Assembly (NCBI RefSeq): GCF_028641065.1
Contig: NC_073398.1
Coordinates: 23,746,001 to 23,810,000 of the forward strand
Reading direction: 5' to 3'
DNA length: 64,000 nucleotides
From: Leucoraja erinacea
Taxonomy: Eukaryota
Shown here: positions 1 through 11,764 of the stretch, piece by piece
Layout: every line of letters begins with the position of its first letter
How positions within the stretch are numbered: position 1 is the first letter of the stretch
Translations under genes and position numbers: made by a program
Notes under the pieces: generated by a model
The model's database searches: none
Told to the model about the DNA's origin: nothing
What the model saw: only the letters and a program-made list of their open reading frames with translations

Positions 1-213
1 ACACTCCAATGGCCGAAAATGGGAACAGAGGAGGGGAACTTGCAGTAAATCATTTTCAATAGAGAAAATCTGCTGGACAAACCACAATAGCTGGGAAATT
101 CTCTGGACCTAATTGCCTGCATCCAAGGAACCCTCTACAACACTCCGCAAGGCCCTGCCATTCACTGTAAAGGTCTTGCCCAGGTTAGACTTTCTAAAAC
201 ATAGCACCTCTCA

Positions 214-1815
214 CAGTGCCCTCCATGATGTTTGGGACCAAGACCCATCATTTATTTATTTATTTGTCTCAGTGCACAATTTGAGATTTGTAATAGAAAA
301 AAAATCACATGTTGTTAAAGTGCACATTGTCAGATTTTAACAGAGGCCATTTTTATACATTTTGGTTTAACCATGTAGAAATTACAGCAGTGTTTATACA
401 TAGTCCCCCCATTTCAGGGCACCATAATGTTTGGGACACAGCAATGTCTTGTAAATGAAAGTAGTCATGTTTAGTATTTTGGTGCATATCCTTTGCAATG
501 CAATGACTGCTGTAAGTCTGCGATTCATGGACATCACCAGTTGCTGGGTGTCTTCTCTGGTGATTCTCTGCCAGGCCTGTATTGCAGCCATTTTTAGCTT
601 ATGCTTGTTTTGGGGACTAGTCCCCTTCAGTTTTCTCTTCAGAATATAAATAGGCATGCTCAATTGGGTTCAGATCGGTTGGTTAACTTGAGCCACTCGA
701 GAATTGATCATTTTTTATCTTTGAAAAACTCCTTTGATGCTTTAGCAGTATGTTTGGGATCATTGTCTTGCTGTAGAATGAACTACCAGCCAATGAGTTT
801 TGAGGCATTTGTTTGAACTTGAGCAGATAGGATGTGTTAATACACTTCAGAATTCATTATGCTACAACCATCAGCAATTGTATCATCAATGAAGATAAGT
901 GAGCAGCCATACATGCCCAGGCCATAACACCCCCACCACCGAGTTTTACAGATGAGGTGGTATGTTTTGGATCTTGGGCAGTTCCTTCTCTCATCCATAC
1001 TTTGCTCTTGCCATCACACTGATAAGTTAATCTTCGTCTCATCTGTCCACAAGACCTTTTCCAGAACTGTGGTTGCTCTTTTAAGTACTTCTTGGCAAAC
1101 TGTAACCTGGCCATCCTACTTTTGCGGCTAACCAGTGGTTTGCATCTTGCAGTGTAGCCTCTGTATTTCTGTTCATGAAATCTTCTGCGGACAGTGGTCA
1201 TTAACAAATCCACACCCGACTCCTGAAGAGAGTTTCTGATCTGTCGGACAGGTGTTTGGGGATTTTTCCTTATTATAGAGAGAATTCCTCGGGTCATCAG
1301 CTGTGGAGTTCTTCCTTGGCCTGCTAGTCCCTTTGCGATTAGTAAGCTCACCAGTGCTCTTAATGTTTCAAACAGTTGATTTTGGTAAGCCTAAGGTTTG
1401 GCTGATGTCTCCGACAGTTTTATTCTTGTTTCTCAGTCTCATAATGGCTTCTTTGACTTTCAATGGCACAACTTTGATCCTCGTTGGTAAACAGCAATAA
1501 AAGTTTCCAAAGGTGATGGAAAGATTGGAGGAAAGACCAGGTGCTGAGAGCTCTCATGTATGAAGGAGGCAATCAAACAAGCCTGAGCAACACCTGTGAA
1601 GCCATGTGTCCCAAACATTATGGTACCCTGAAATGGGGGGGACTAGGTATAAACACAGCTATAATTTCTACATGGTGAAACCAAAATGTAATAAATACCC
1701 TTTAATTAAATCTGACAATGTGCACTTTAACCACATGCAATTTTTTTCTAGTACAAATCTCAAATTGTGGAGTACAGAGGCAAATAAATAGATTATGGGT
1801 CTTTGGAGGGCACTG
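214..1815 (-). mobile_element. Tc1/mariner DNA transposon with long IR/DR-type TIRs and frameshifted transposase, inserted in a CR1-like LINE fragment
   Basis: Begins CAGTGCCCTCCA (214) and ends TGGAGGGCACTG+TA (1815). Inverted terminal regions of ~230 bp contain the internal repeat CATAATGTTTGGGACAC. ORFs 857-1351 and 394-663 give Tc1 motifs (ARCKPL..RLQFAKKYL, VKLGGGGVMAWACM, SMNRRLTAVI). Confidence 0.93.
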
Positions 1816-2830
1816 TATTTGTATTAAAGGGCATTAACCATTCCTCAACTCACTTCCCCAGATGATCAAGATCCTGCTGTAATTTTTGATATTCATGTTT
1901 GTTATATATACCATCCACTTTGATGTCATCTGCAAAATTACTTATCATGGCATGTACATTCTTATCCAAATTATTCCAAAAAAACAAATAGCAATAGGCC
2001 TAGCACTGAACCCTGAGGCACACCATTAGTCACAGGCCTCCAATGCAAATAACAACATTCTACCGTCACCCTGGTTTCCTCCATGAAACCAATTGTCTAT
2101 CAGGACAGCTAGCTCTCCCTGGATCCCATGTGATATAATCTTTCACTGCAGCCTATTACATGAAACCTTAACAAATGCCTCGAGGCCATATAGATAATGT
2201 CTACAGCTTTCCTTCGACAAATGTTTTGGTTATTCCTGCGACTCCACATAGAGATGACCACATTGGTTTCTGAGGGGCCCTATTCTGTCCCTAGTTACCC
2301 TCTTTTCCTTAATGTACATAAAATCTCTTTGGATTTTTCTTAATCTGCCAGGTTTCCGTGCGGATCCCAGAGGTTGCAGGTTGTTGCCAGAGGTTGCAGG
2401 TTGTTGCCAGAGGTTGCAGGTAGTGGAAACAGGTAGGGAGACCGACAAAAACCTCCGGGAACCGCACGGAAACCATGGGTGAGGCGCAAAGACTCCAGAG
2501 GTTTCCGTTCAGGTTTCCTAAGTGGGACAGGGGCATAACCCACTGAGTTACTCCAGCTCTATGTGCCCATCTTTGGTATAAATCAGCATCTCCAGTTCCT
2601 TCATTACACCCACCTGCTTTGCCCTTCACTCTAACAGGAACAGGCATGCCCTGAACTCTAGTCATCACATTTTTAAAAGTATTCCACTTTCTAGATACTC
2701 ATCTGCCCACCAACAACCTACTTCAATCTAGTAAGATCCTATCTAATACCATCAAAGTTGGCCTTGCCTCAATTCAGAATTTTAACGTGGACCCGCCTTG
2801 TCTTTATCCGTAACTATTTTAAAGCTAATT
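1816..2830 (-). mobile_element. Degenerate CR1-like LINE fragments, continuing ~110-213 and interrupted by a MITE
   Basis: Antisense RT-type remnants (TGATGTCATCTGCAAA = FADDI; GAACCCTGAGGCACACC = GVPQGS); no intact frame. Confidence 0.65.
2351..2533. mobile_element. Partial non-autonomous MITE, same family as 61848-62052
   Basis: Ends GTTCAGGTTTCCTAAGTGGGACAGGGGCAT as in the copy at 62025-62054. Contains an internal 20-bp tandem CCAGAGGTTGCAGGTTGTTG (about x2.7). Confidence 0.75.
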
Positions 2831-2940
2831 GAACTGTGATCATTTGCATTCGGAATCTCATGTCTTCAAGTAATCTTTGGTCCACTTCAGTTCATAACAG
2901 TTTATAAAACTCATCACAAATTAGTAACTGAAAGACTTAC

Positions 2941-3080
2941 CGAAAATACTGTAGAAACCTTTCTCTTTTTGATAGCTTCTGCTTTTTTTTCTTATGTAGG
3001 TAAGCTTGGAAATATTCTTCATTAAAAACTCTGCGACTGACGTTATAGCTCAGTTCACTGCTCAATTCAGTATGGTTCAT
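2941..3080 (-). CDS. SLC26A5: First coding exon of an SLC26 anion transporter, prestin/SLC26A5-type; rest of gene lies left of the window
   Basis: Manual translation MNHTELSSELSYNVSRRVFNEEYFQAYLHKKKKQKLSKRERFLQYF(R), then GTAAGT donor in phase 2. Resembles the prestin N-terminus (MDHAE...YYVERPIFS...LH). Acceptor TTACCTGTTTTTATTGCAG would start the exon at 3141. Lies downstream of RELN on the same strand, as in mammals. Not in the ORF track (too short). Confidence 0.8.
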
Positions 3081-3532
3081 TTTGAAGTTGATATTTCAAT
3101 TAAATTGAGAAAACCTTTAAATGTTTCCTTAAATTAATGCACTGCAATAAAAACAGGTAATATTAGATTTATTTATTTCTCATCAACTTTGGTCAATGTT
3201 GCAAAAAAAGTGCATTAAGCATATAATATTTAAAAATAAAGAGGCATAACAGTATTTTAACCAGCTTCATAATCAACAGGTAAGATCATTTCAAGGTCAG
3301 TTCAAATGCTACAGTCAAAAACTTCAATTAGTGTTTCTCCAACTATTAGATATTATGCTTAACATTTTTTAATTAACTAGTCACAAAAGAATAGAAAACA
3401 CTAGCCTATATGATGATTTTCTTTTGCTCAAAATAATATTGAATCCAGCAGGAAAACTACATCAAGCCAAGAATCTTCTAAACAAATATGGCTAATTTAG
3501 GCAAGCCAAAAAGTAACACCCAGGCCACTTAC

Positions 3533-3581
3533 TCAATTGGGGAATGGGCAGCCTAGATTGACAAATATTCCATACTGACAA
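3533..3581 (-). other. Candidate 49-nt non-coding 5' UTR exon of the SLC26A5-like gene
   Basis: Minus-strand TGCAG acceptor and GTAAGT donor (plus ACTTAC 3527-3532); splice signals only. Confidence 0.25.
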
Positions 3582-4693
3582 CTGCATTCAAACAAGTACA
3601 TTCTTTGCATGGTGTATATAATATTGAAGTCTTCCACCAACCAGGATAGGTTCAGTGTTGAGAATAACTTATTGGAGCAAACTCAAGGGAGGGAGGATGG
3701 AAACCAATATGAAATGCTTGTGGGATAAGCTGCTGTTAGATAAATCTGGCTCAAAAAAATGCAGAGCTAAAAGAGTAAGCAAAACCCAACTAAATATGGG
3801 AAAAAGGCGGCCTATACGTTAATGAGAATGATGTACAGGTTGGTTGGAGCTCAGCTGGAGGATTTTGAAATGTGAAGCCTTTACAGTTGAAGATATAGCC
3901 TGCAAAGCTAGCCGAGAATGGCACATTTATCTAGAGCCTTTTACAATCTCAAAAGTAGTAATTAAATTATCAGACTCTGTCTCTGGTATTGATGAAGATA
4001 CATTATCAGTGAATACCCGAAAGCTGACATACAAGTGTCGCCCCCCACAGCCCCCAGCACAAATCCTTGGAAAAAAATCAGGAGATAAGAGCACGGTAAA
4101 TAATTGGAATCATTGTATCATATGATCAGGCTATTCTGTATATGTGGGAATAATCAAAGTGCATCTCAAAGCATTTAAAATCCAATTAAATACCATGGTG
4201 AAATACTAAATAGTTGAGGCTACTCTTTCATAATTTGCAAAAGATAAAGGTTCTTGAAAAAGGGAAATCTAACCAGATTATTTACACTATTGTAGAGTGA
4301 TGAATAAGAGAACACTTATTTAAACGTTATTAGATGATAATTTATGTTTACTGAAGCAAGATAAAATCCTTGACATTCCTTGACTGAGAGATAGGAGTTC
4401 TAAGAATATAACGTCAAAGAGTAACTTTTCAATGTGTATCCGATAAGTTCTAGGGTGAAAGTTTTAGGGTGGAACATGATCTCAGAACTTTGTGAGGCAA
4501 GATCGAATGTGTTACCACTACGCCAAGGATTACCTCTACTGTCTATTTAGCACAAATTTGACTGTAGTTTGATCAAACTCTAGTTCTGCAAAGAAACAAA
4601 TTCACAAATGTGTTCGTCCCATAAACTGCATTACCTAAAATGTATTCAATCTAGGTAAAGGGCAAAAAGAAAAACAGCACATATAGCTGCACT

Positions 4694-4880
4694 AGTGAGG
4701 ACCCAGAGAGAGTACCGTGAGAGCAATGTGATGTGTTTCACGGAGACATGGCTCCACAAGGACACGAGTGTGGACGGCTTTCAGACTGTTCAGGCGGACA
4801 GGGACTGCAGAGAGTGTGGCAAGTATAAGGGTGGGGGACATGCTTTTCTCGTTAACAACAAATGGTGCAACCCTGCATGG
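4694..4880 (+). mobile_element. Rex1/Babar-type LINE endonuclease-region fragment
   Basis: REYRESNVMCFTETWLH...DGFQTVQADR...GKYKGGG...VNNKWC is an APE-like motif set typical of these LINEs. Confidence 0.65.
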
Positions 4881-4928
4881 GTGGAAATCCTGTGGGGGGG
4901 GGGGGGAAGAGGGAGGGCTGTCTTGAGA

Positions 4929-5312
4929 GGGGTGACCGTGAAGCACAGCGACCTAAATTTTCAGGCAAAAAAAAAGATAGAAAGTAAGGTAATTACAAGA
5001 GGGAACTGAAGGTAGAAAACAGCGGAAGTGAACAGCAAACATTTGCCGTGGAGATTTAAAGATCCAAAATATCGGGAATTATCGCGTTTGCTCGCTGAAT
5101 TTCATCAAAAGTAAGGAATTATTAACTTACTTTTGATGAAATTCAGCGAGCAAACGCGATAATTCCCGATATTTTGGATCTTTAAATCTCCACGGCAAAT
5201 GTTTGCTGTTCACTTCCGCTGTTTTCTACCTTCAGTTCCCTCTTGTAATTACCTTACTTTCTATCTTTTTTTTTGCCTGAAAATTTAGGTCGCTGTGCTT
5301 CACGGTCACCCC
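4929..5312. repeat. Long palindrome: 187-bp inverted arms with 10-nt spacer
   Basis: 4929-5115 (GGGGTGACCGTG...CAAAAGTAAG) is the reverse complement of 5126-5312 (CTTACTTTTG...CACGGTCACCCC). Spacer GAATTATTAA. No mismatch seen by eye. Confidence 0.95.
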
Positions 5313-5924
5313 GACTAGCACAGAAAATTTCTATGTTTTTAACGGGTGGGAAAGTGCGTGTTTCCCCATTCACTAACATGTACCGAACTGAGATATGTCC
5401 TCCAGTTAAAATTTTTGGTCACGTGAGGGGGGATCTACGCTCATTTGACCTTTGGTGAAATCACCCTATAAATGCAAAAGGATCGTATGAAACTTATTCA
5501 TGGATGTCAAGTCACAGATTCGCCTAGGCATCAGAGGGCTGAAACTTTAGTAAAATGTGAGTCTAAAGAAACTGAAGATCTTCACAAACATATCATTAAT
5601 ATTTTTTTCAATAGACTACTGAACTGAAACAATTTATTTTGTGTACTACTGTTGCTCCTTGATCTAATAAGTATTGCCTCTCTTGAAAACATCCAGTGAA
5701 TTTGCCTCCAATGCCTTCTGTGGCAGAGAATTCCAGATTCACAACTCTCAGCGTGAAGAAACTGTCCACATCTCAGTCCGAACTGGCCTATCCTTTATTC
5801 TTAAACTGTGACCGCTGATTCTGAACTCCCCCAACATCTAGCAGGCAAGCAGGATGCCTTCTCCAACCACCCCCATTTGAAGGCCACTATCTTCCACCGT
5901 TTCTACCAAGTGCTTGGTACTTAC

Positions 5925-6154
5925 TTCCAACAACCACTGGTTGTCCTCAATGGTGCCTGATCCATGCCGGTCACCTGGGTGAATTCGGCACAGAGACTCT
6001 CACGGCAGCGGCGCAACGCTTCCGACTGCTCGGGACTCTTGCTCTGAGGCTGCTCAATGGCCGGAGCTGCAGCGAGCGACTCGCCAGCCCGGCAAACACT
6101 CGACAGCCTCGGCTCCCCGTCCGCATCTGTCCCCGCCGCTGTTTCTTTTTCCAC
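5925..6154 (-). pseudogene. Orphan, frameshifted TDP2-like exon 1 (UBA-like domain start)
   Basis: RRCRESLCAEFTQVTGMDQA, frameshift, then IEDNQWLLE followed by a GTAAGT donor. Resembles TDP2 RRLLCVEFASVASCDAAVAQCFLAENDWEME|intron. About 13 nt missing; no in-frame ATG; no exon 2 found. Confidence 0.65.
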
Positions 6155-7149
6155 TCCTCCCTCAGCCCCGGCTCTCCAACACCCGCGGCCCGTGCAGTTT
6201 TCACAGAATTTCTCACGACAGATTTGTGATCAACATGAATTTGGCGAAATGCGTGAGAGTTGACAGCCCTGGAGTATCAGCATTATACACAAGGATCAAG
6301 CACAGAAAAACTACATGTGCACTTTACAATGCCTCTACTCTTAGACGGCCCACATCACATGCTTATGGTGACAATTTTCTCTCGAGTCATATGCTTCCCT
6401 TTCAATGTTAAGGAAGTGTAGCCTTGCGACATGTGCGTACAGGGCAGCGATTGCACGTTTATTTGACTTCGATGCACAAATAAAATCAATTAAAATCAAA
6501 CTTTCACTTTAATACTCACGAACAAACAGAGTAGTTTAAACCGAGTACTTAGGCTAAAAGACCACTCAATCGGAATTCACGAAATCAAAACCAAAACACT
6601 CACAATCTAATAAAACATTTTGAAACTACAATAAAAACCTTTTTCAACCCCATTCAAAATCCGTGGTTAAAATAGGCTGTTTATAGTTGCCATTACAAAT
6701 TGGCAACTTTGATCCCCAACAACAATCACGTACTTCCCGAAGACTTCAGCAGCGAGTTAGTAGACTCTCCGGAATGATGACTCAATATTTCAAAGAATTT
6801 CCCCCGCGCCTCCACTAAAAAGTCAAGGGAACTTATCCTGCTCTTTATCGCTACTACTTTTTTGTTGATACTTGGAGGGAATGAGCACTGCTCTCGTTGA
6901 CAATACGGTGTTTAAGGAGGTAATGCTTTTCATTCCTCACCGCAACTCACAGACAAATAAGATTAAAAAGAGTACAAAAACCAATACAGATATTGAAAGT
7001 TCATTGTTTTATTCCCAGATAGTAAAATATTGATGTTAAATGTCTGTACACATCTGAGATTGAAGAAAGCAGCGCCTCTCAGGCATTGAACAAGTGTCAG
7101 GCACCGAGTCTTTAAAGCATCAGCGGTTCCCCTTGGGTTTAGTCATCTA

Positions 7150-7665
7150 GTTGCTTTGAGCTGACACGGGAGCCGGATGATAATGGAACCGGAGCCAAAG
7201 TGCTGACTGTGTGAGAGTGCGACCGTTAGGAGCGGTGCCCTTGTTGACAGCGGCTCGGTGCAGGGAGAGGGGAGATACCCGACAACCCGGCAACATGGAT
7301 GTCAACGCTCCCCTGCCTGGGGACCCAGGCCCACCCACCCAACTCCCGCGGTCAGTGGGTCACTCACCCTTCGTCCCTTATTGCCCTCTAGCCTCTCCGT
7401 ATACCACACGGTCCGGGCACCCTGCCGACGCCGTCTCTGAAACAAACCATCTTCACGCCGCCGCTCCAGCCCGTCGACCGCGCCAGACTCTCATTGGTCG
7501 GGGCCCCCTAATTAGCATCACGTGACCACAGGCGCTCCATCTTGGGAAAGGCCCACGGATTCCTGCTGCTGAGTGCGCCTGCGCGAACCTCACCGCGCCA
7601 GGGGATGGGAGTCTAAATGGCCGTGGGTGGAGCGTATTTATTTTTATAACGCGTGTTTCTGTTCC
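7150..7665 (-). promoter_or_regulatory. CpG-island promoter and probable non-coding first exon (donor after 7368), probably for the SLC26A5-like gene
   Basis: Sharp GC/CpG enrichment. Minus-strand AGG|GTGAGT donor (plus ACTCAC 7362-7367), CCAAT (plus ATTGG 7493-7497), TCACGTGA E-box 7518-7525, YY1-like CCATCTTG 7537-7544, NRF1-like TGCGCCTGCGC 7574-7584. Confidence 0.7.
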
Positions 7666-7825
7666 TCACTGCGGAGCACTTGTTAACGCCAGTTGCAGGA
7701 AGGAACGGCAGGTGTTGGTTACACCGAAGATGGACACAAAATGCTGGAGTAACTCAGCGGGACAGCATCTCTGGAGAAAGGGAATGGGCTAGGATAGGAA
7801 TGGGTGAGGCTGACAGTCTGAAGAA
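7611..7825 (+). repeat. Copy 1 of a ~200-bp direct duplication (copy 2 at 9449-9648)
   Basis: GTCTAAATGGCCGTGGGTGGAGCGTATTTATTTTTATAAC...GACAGTCTGAAGAA aligns with 9449-9648. Confidence 0.9.
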
Positions 7826-7826
7826 C

Positions 7827-9442
7827 GTGTTTAAGAAGGAACTGCAGATGCTGGAAAATCGAAGGTCCACAAAAAAGCTGGAGAAACTCAACGGGTGCAG
7901 CAGCATCTATGGAACGAAGGAAAAGGCGACGTTTCGGGCCGAAACCCTTCTTCAGACTGATGGGGGCTGGGAGAAGAAAGGAAAAAGGAGGAGGAGCCCG
8001 AAGGCTGGGGGATGGGAGGAGACAGCAGGAGGGCTGAGGAAGGGGAGGAGATAGCAAGGACTAACAAAATTGGGAGAATTCAATGTTCATGCCCCCAGGG
8101 TGCAGACTCCCCAAGCGGAATATGAAATGCTGTTCCTCCAATTTCCGGTGTTGCTCGCTCTGGCCGTGGAGGAGACCCAGGACAAGAGAGGTCGGATATG
8201 TAGTGGGAGGGGGAGTTGAAGTGCTGAGCCACCGGGAGGTCAGGTAGGTTCCTGCGGACCGAGCGGAGGTGTTTGGCGAAATGATCGCCCAACCTCCGCT
8301 TGGTCTCACTGATATAGAGCAGTGGATGCAATAGATGAGGTTGGAGGAGATGCAGGTAAACCTCTGTCGCACCTGGAACGACTGCTTGGGTCCTTGAATG
8401 GAGTCGAGGGGGGAGGTAAAGGGACAAGTGTTGCATTTCTTGCGGTTGCAAGGGAAAGTGCCCGGGGTGGGGGTGGTACGGGAAGGGAAGAATGAAAGAA
8501 AGAATGAAGAATGGGGGTTCCCCTCCTCCACCATAGTTGAGGCTCGCACCAGGGTCTCTTCCATACCCCGCAACACTGCTCTCTCTCCCCATCCCTCCAC
8601 TTGCAACAAGGGCAGAGTCCCCCTAGTCTTCACCTTTCATCCCACCAGCCATCACATACAACAAGTAATCCTCCGTCAGTTTCGCCACATCCAACGTGAC
8701 CCCACCACTCGCCACATCTTCCCATCTCCCCCATATCTGCCTTCCGCAAAGACCGCTCCCTCCATAACTCCCTTGTCAATTTTTCCCTTCCTTCCCGTAT
8801 CACCCCCTCCCCGGGCACTTTCCCTTGCAAGCGCAATAAATGCAACACTTGGCCCTTTACCTCCCCCCTCGACTCCATTCAAGGACCCAAGCAGTCGTTC
8901 CAGGTGCGACAAAGGTTCACCTGTATCTCCTCCAACCTCATCTACTGCATCCACTGCTTTAGATGTCAGCTGATTTACATCGGTGAGACTAAGCGGAGGT
9001 TGGGCGATCGTTTTGCCGAACACCTCCGCTCAGTCCGCAATAACCTACCTGAACTCCCGGTGTCTCAGCACTTCAACTCCCCCTCCCATTCCCAATCCGA
9101 CCTCTCTGTCCTGGGTCTCCTCCATTGCCAGAGTGAGCAACACCGGAAATTGGAGGAACAGCACCTCGTATTCCGCCTGGGTTGCTTGCATCCGGCTGGC
9201 ATGAACATTGAATTCTCCCAATTTTGCTAGCCCTTGCTGCCTCCTCCCCTTCCTTAACCCTCGAGCTGTCTCCTCCCATCCCCCAGCCCTCGGGCTCCTC
9301 CTCCTCCCTTTTTCCTTCCTTCTCCCCCCCCCCCACCCCCCATCTGTCTGAAGAAGGGTTTCGGCCCGAAACGTCGCCTATTTCCTTTGCTCCATAGATG
9401 CTGCTGCACCCGCTGTGTTTCTCCAGCATTTTTGTGTACCTT
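7827..9442. mobile_element. Penelope-like retroelement: two GIY-YIG/pseudo-LTR 3' ends in inverted arrangement
   Basis: ORF 8904-9230 RQRFTCISSNLIYCIHC..C..IYIGETKRRLGDRFAEH...RKLEEQHLVFRLG...GMNIEF is a PLE GIY-YIG endonuclease. A mirror copy lies on the minus strand at 8061-8490; the terminal ~200-bp segments are reverse complements. Confidence 0.9.
9348..9375 (+). ncRNA. Minimal hammerhead-ribozyme-like motif in a Penelope pseudo-LTR (mirror copy 7928-7955 on minus)
   Basis: CTGAAGA-A-GGGT(TTCG)GCCC-GAAACGTC: CUGAnGA box, stem II with UUCG loop, GAAA box, palindromic ACGT and GUC cleavage triplet. Stem I is weak. Confidence 0.6.
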
Positions 9443-9448
9443 GGAGAT

Positions 9449-9648
9449 GTCTAAATGGCTGTGGGTGGAGCGTATTTATTTTTATAACGTGTGTTTCTGT
9501 TGCTCACTGCGGAGCACTTGTTAATGCCAGTTGCAGGAAGGAACTGCAGGTGTTGGTTTACACCGAAGATAGACACAAAATGCTGGAGTAACTCAGAGGG
9601 ACAGCATCTCTGGAGAAAAGGAATGGGTGAGGCTGACAGTCTGAAGAA
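9449..9648 (+). repeat. Copy 2 of the ~200-bp direct duplication
   Basis: Aligns with 7611-7825, with several CpG>TpG differences. Confidence 0.9.
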
Positions 9649-10073
9649 GGTTCTCGACCCAAACGACATCCATTCCTATTTTGTGTCCATCTACTTGTTA
9701 ATACAATATGTTCAGATTTCGGCCTGTAATGAAAACGCCAAAATCAATGAGAAAAATGATTCCTTAGGGTAAAGCTTTTCCCATTAGAAGATGCTTCTAA
9801 GGTTTAAGGCACAGGGACTTAAAATTTGTGGCAAATGGTTAGAATATTTTAATTTTATAATCTTAATGTAAGACCTGAAGCTCCCTGCTGATAACGATAG
9901 TGTAAATAACTGCAATTCTGAGCTTTCAAAGAAATGTGGGTTCGCGCTTGAGGCAAGAGCATTTCCAGGGAATAGGAAAAGGATGTGAGCATAGTACAAA
10001 CACAATCGCTTTATCTCAAGACATGTCTTGTCACATGTTGTCACATGTACAAATTGGTACAGTGACATTTGTG

Positions 10074-11270
10074 GTCTTCTTGGTTCTTGGTTTCTTGGTC
10101 CTCCAAAATATTCCAAATGGAATTTAAACTGGAAGGTGGTGGAGGGAGGACTTAAGCCAGGAAGGGTTATTGGGAAGAAAGAGCTACTTTAAATTTAGTT
10201 GCATCTGGTTGGGTAACTATAGTAGGGTGGAGATTATTCCATGCTTTAATTGTGCGGGGGAAGAACGAATTGCTGTACACATCTGACTTTGTAGCTGGGA
10301 TCACAAATTGGATCGAATGCCCTAATCTGCTCCTAATTGGTTTGGGTTTCGTGTAGGTCTTGTAATCTATGTCGAGCTGACCATTTAACATTTTGTAAAA
10401 ACTGGTCAAACGGTGAGCTTCACGTCTGTCTTGGAGAGGGTTCCACCCCAGAGAATTCAGAAGTTTGGTGACACTCGCTTCTCTCTCATAGGTGTTAGTA
10501 ACAAATCGAGCTGCCTGTCTTTGGACACGTTCGATGGAAGAAATGTTTTTATTTGTGTATGGGTCCCATGCTGCAACTGCGTAGTCCAAATGAGGTCTAA
10601 CGAGGGTGAAGTATAGCTTCTCCTTGACAGAAGTTGAACAATGATGAAAGTTGCGTCTCAGAAAGTTTTGGACACCTGTTGCTTTCACCTTTGCATGATG
10701 AGTCTGACCATTCCAACGCAGATCATTCTGCAATTTGATGCCAAGATACTTGGTTTGTTTGGATTCTTCAAGGGTGGTACCAAGTATATTGTAAGATGTT
10801 TCGCCTGGATTCCTCTTTCTGGTGACACGCATGGTTTCACATTTGTAAGGGTTGAACTGCATGCCCCATTGTTGTGACCACTCAACCATAGTATCAAGAT
10901 CCTTTTGGAGAGTATCTTCATCATCAGCTGACTTAATTGGGTGGTACAGCAAACAATCATCAGCGAATAGCCTGGTTGTATTTGTGACTTTTTCATGGAT
11001 GTCATTTATGTAAAGCAAAAATAGATGTGGGCCAAGTACTGTGCCCTGAGGTGTACCACTCAACACTGGATACCAATTGGAGCTCTTTCCATTCACACAC
11101 ACATGCTGAAGACGTTTTGTCAGGAAACTGGAAATCCATCGTTTCGTGTTGGAACGAATACCATAGAAGTCAAGCTTCTGAAGCAGTCTCTAGTGTGGGA
11201 TGATATCAAATGCTTTAGAAAAGTCCAGCACAACTAAATCCGTGATGACGTTACTATCAAGGTCACCATA
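10074..11270 (-). mobile_element. 5'-truncated LINE (RT C-terminal half and 3' UTR), possibly RTE-X-like
   Basis: Open 311-aa frame with SGTPQGTVLGP, LFADDCLLY and NSFFPRTIKAWNNL. Upstream LDFSKAFD followed by a stop. 3' tail of ACCAAGA repeats. Clade assignment tentative. Confidence 0.85.
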
Positions 11271-11764
11271 CAGCCATACAAATAAAAAAGAGCACAGAAC
11301 ACGATAGTCTTTAACATAGACATCCCCACACAGCGTAATCAAAGTTTCCCACTGTGAGGGAAGGCACCAAAGTGGGACAGACTGATACCCATTCCTATTT
11401 TCAGGATACAGACTTATGAGGTCGAATGTTATAATTGTTCTCTAAATATGGTAATATTTATAAAGCACTTTGCAACATATCTGTAGGAGCCATTAAGCTT
11501 GTGAGCATATTATAGCCATGTCTAATATTTTTTGGTTTTTATCGGCCTGTACTTTTGTAGGTGGGATTTGATACATAGAGTGGATGTGTCTACTAGCGCA
11601 GACTCATAGATTTGAGTTTTAATTTGTCTTGAAGGATGTGAAGGCTAACAGTTTTTACCACGATCACATGAGATGCCACACTCTTATAAGAAGACACTCT
11701 TATATGATTTATATGCAATGAATGGAACGGCTATTGAGAATGGAAAGTTATGAGTTATTGCTTT

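Noticed and set aside
7211-7525. 104-aa plus-strand ORF in the CpG island
   Set aside because: Non-ATG start, expected by chance in GC-rich DNA, no recognisable domain.
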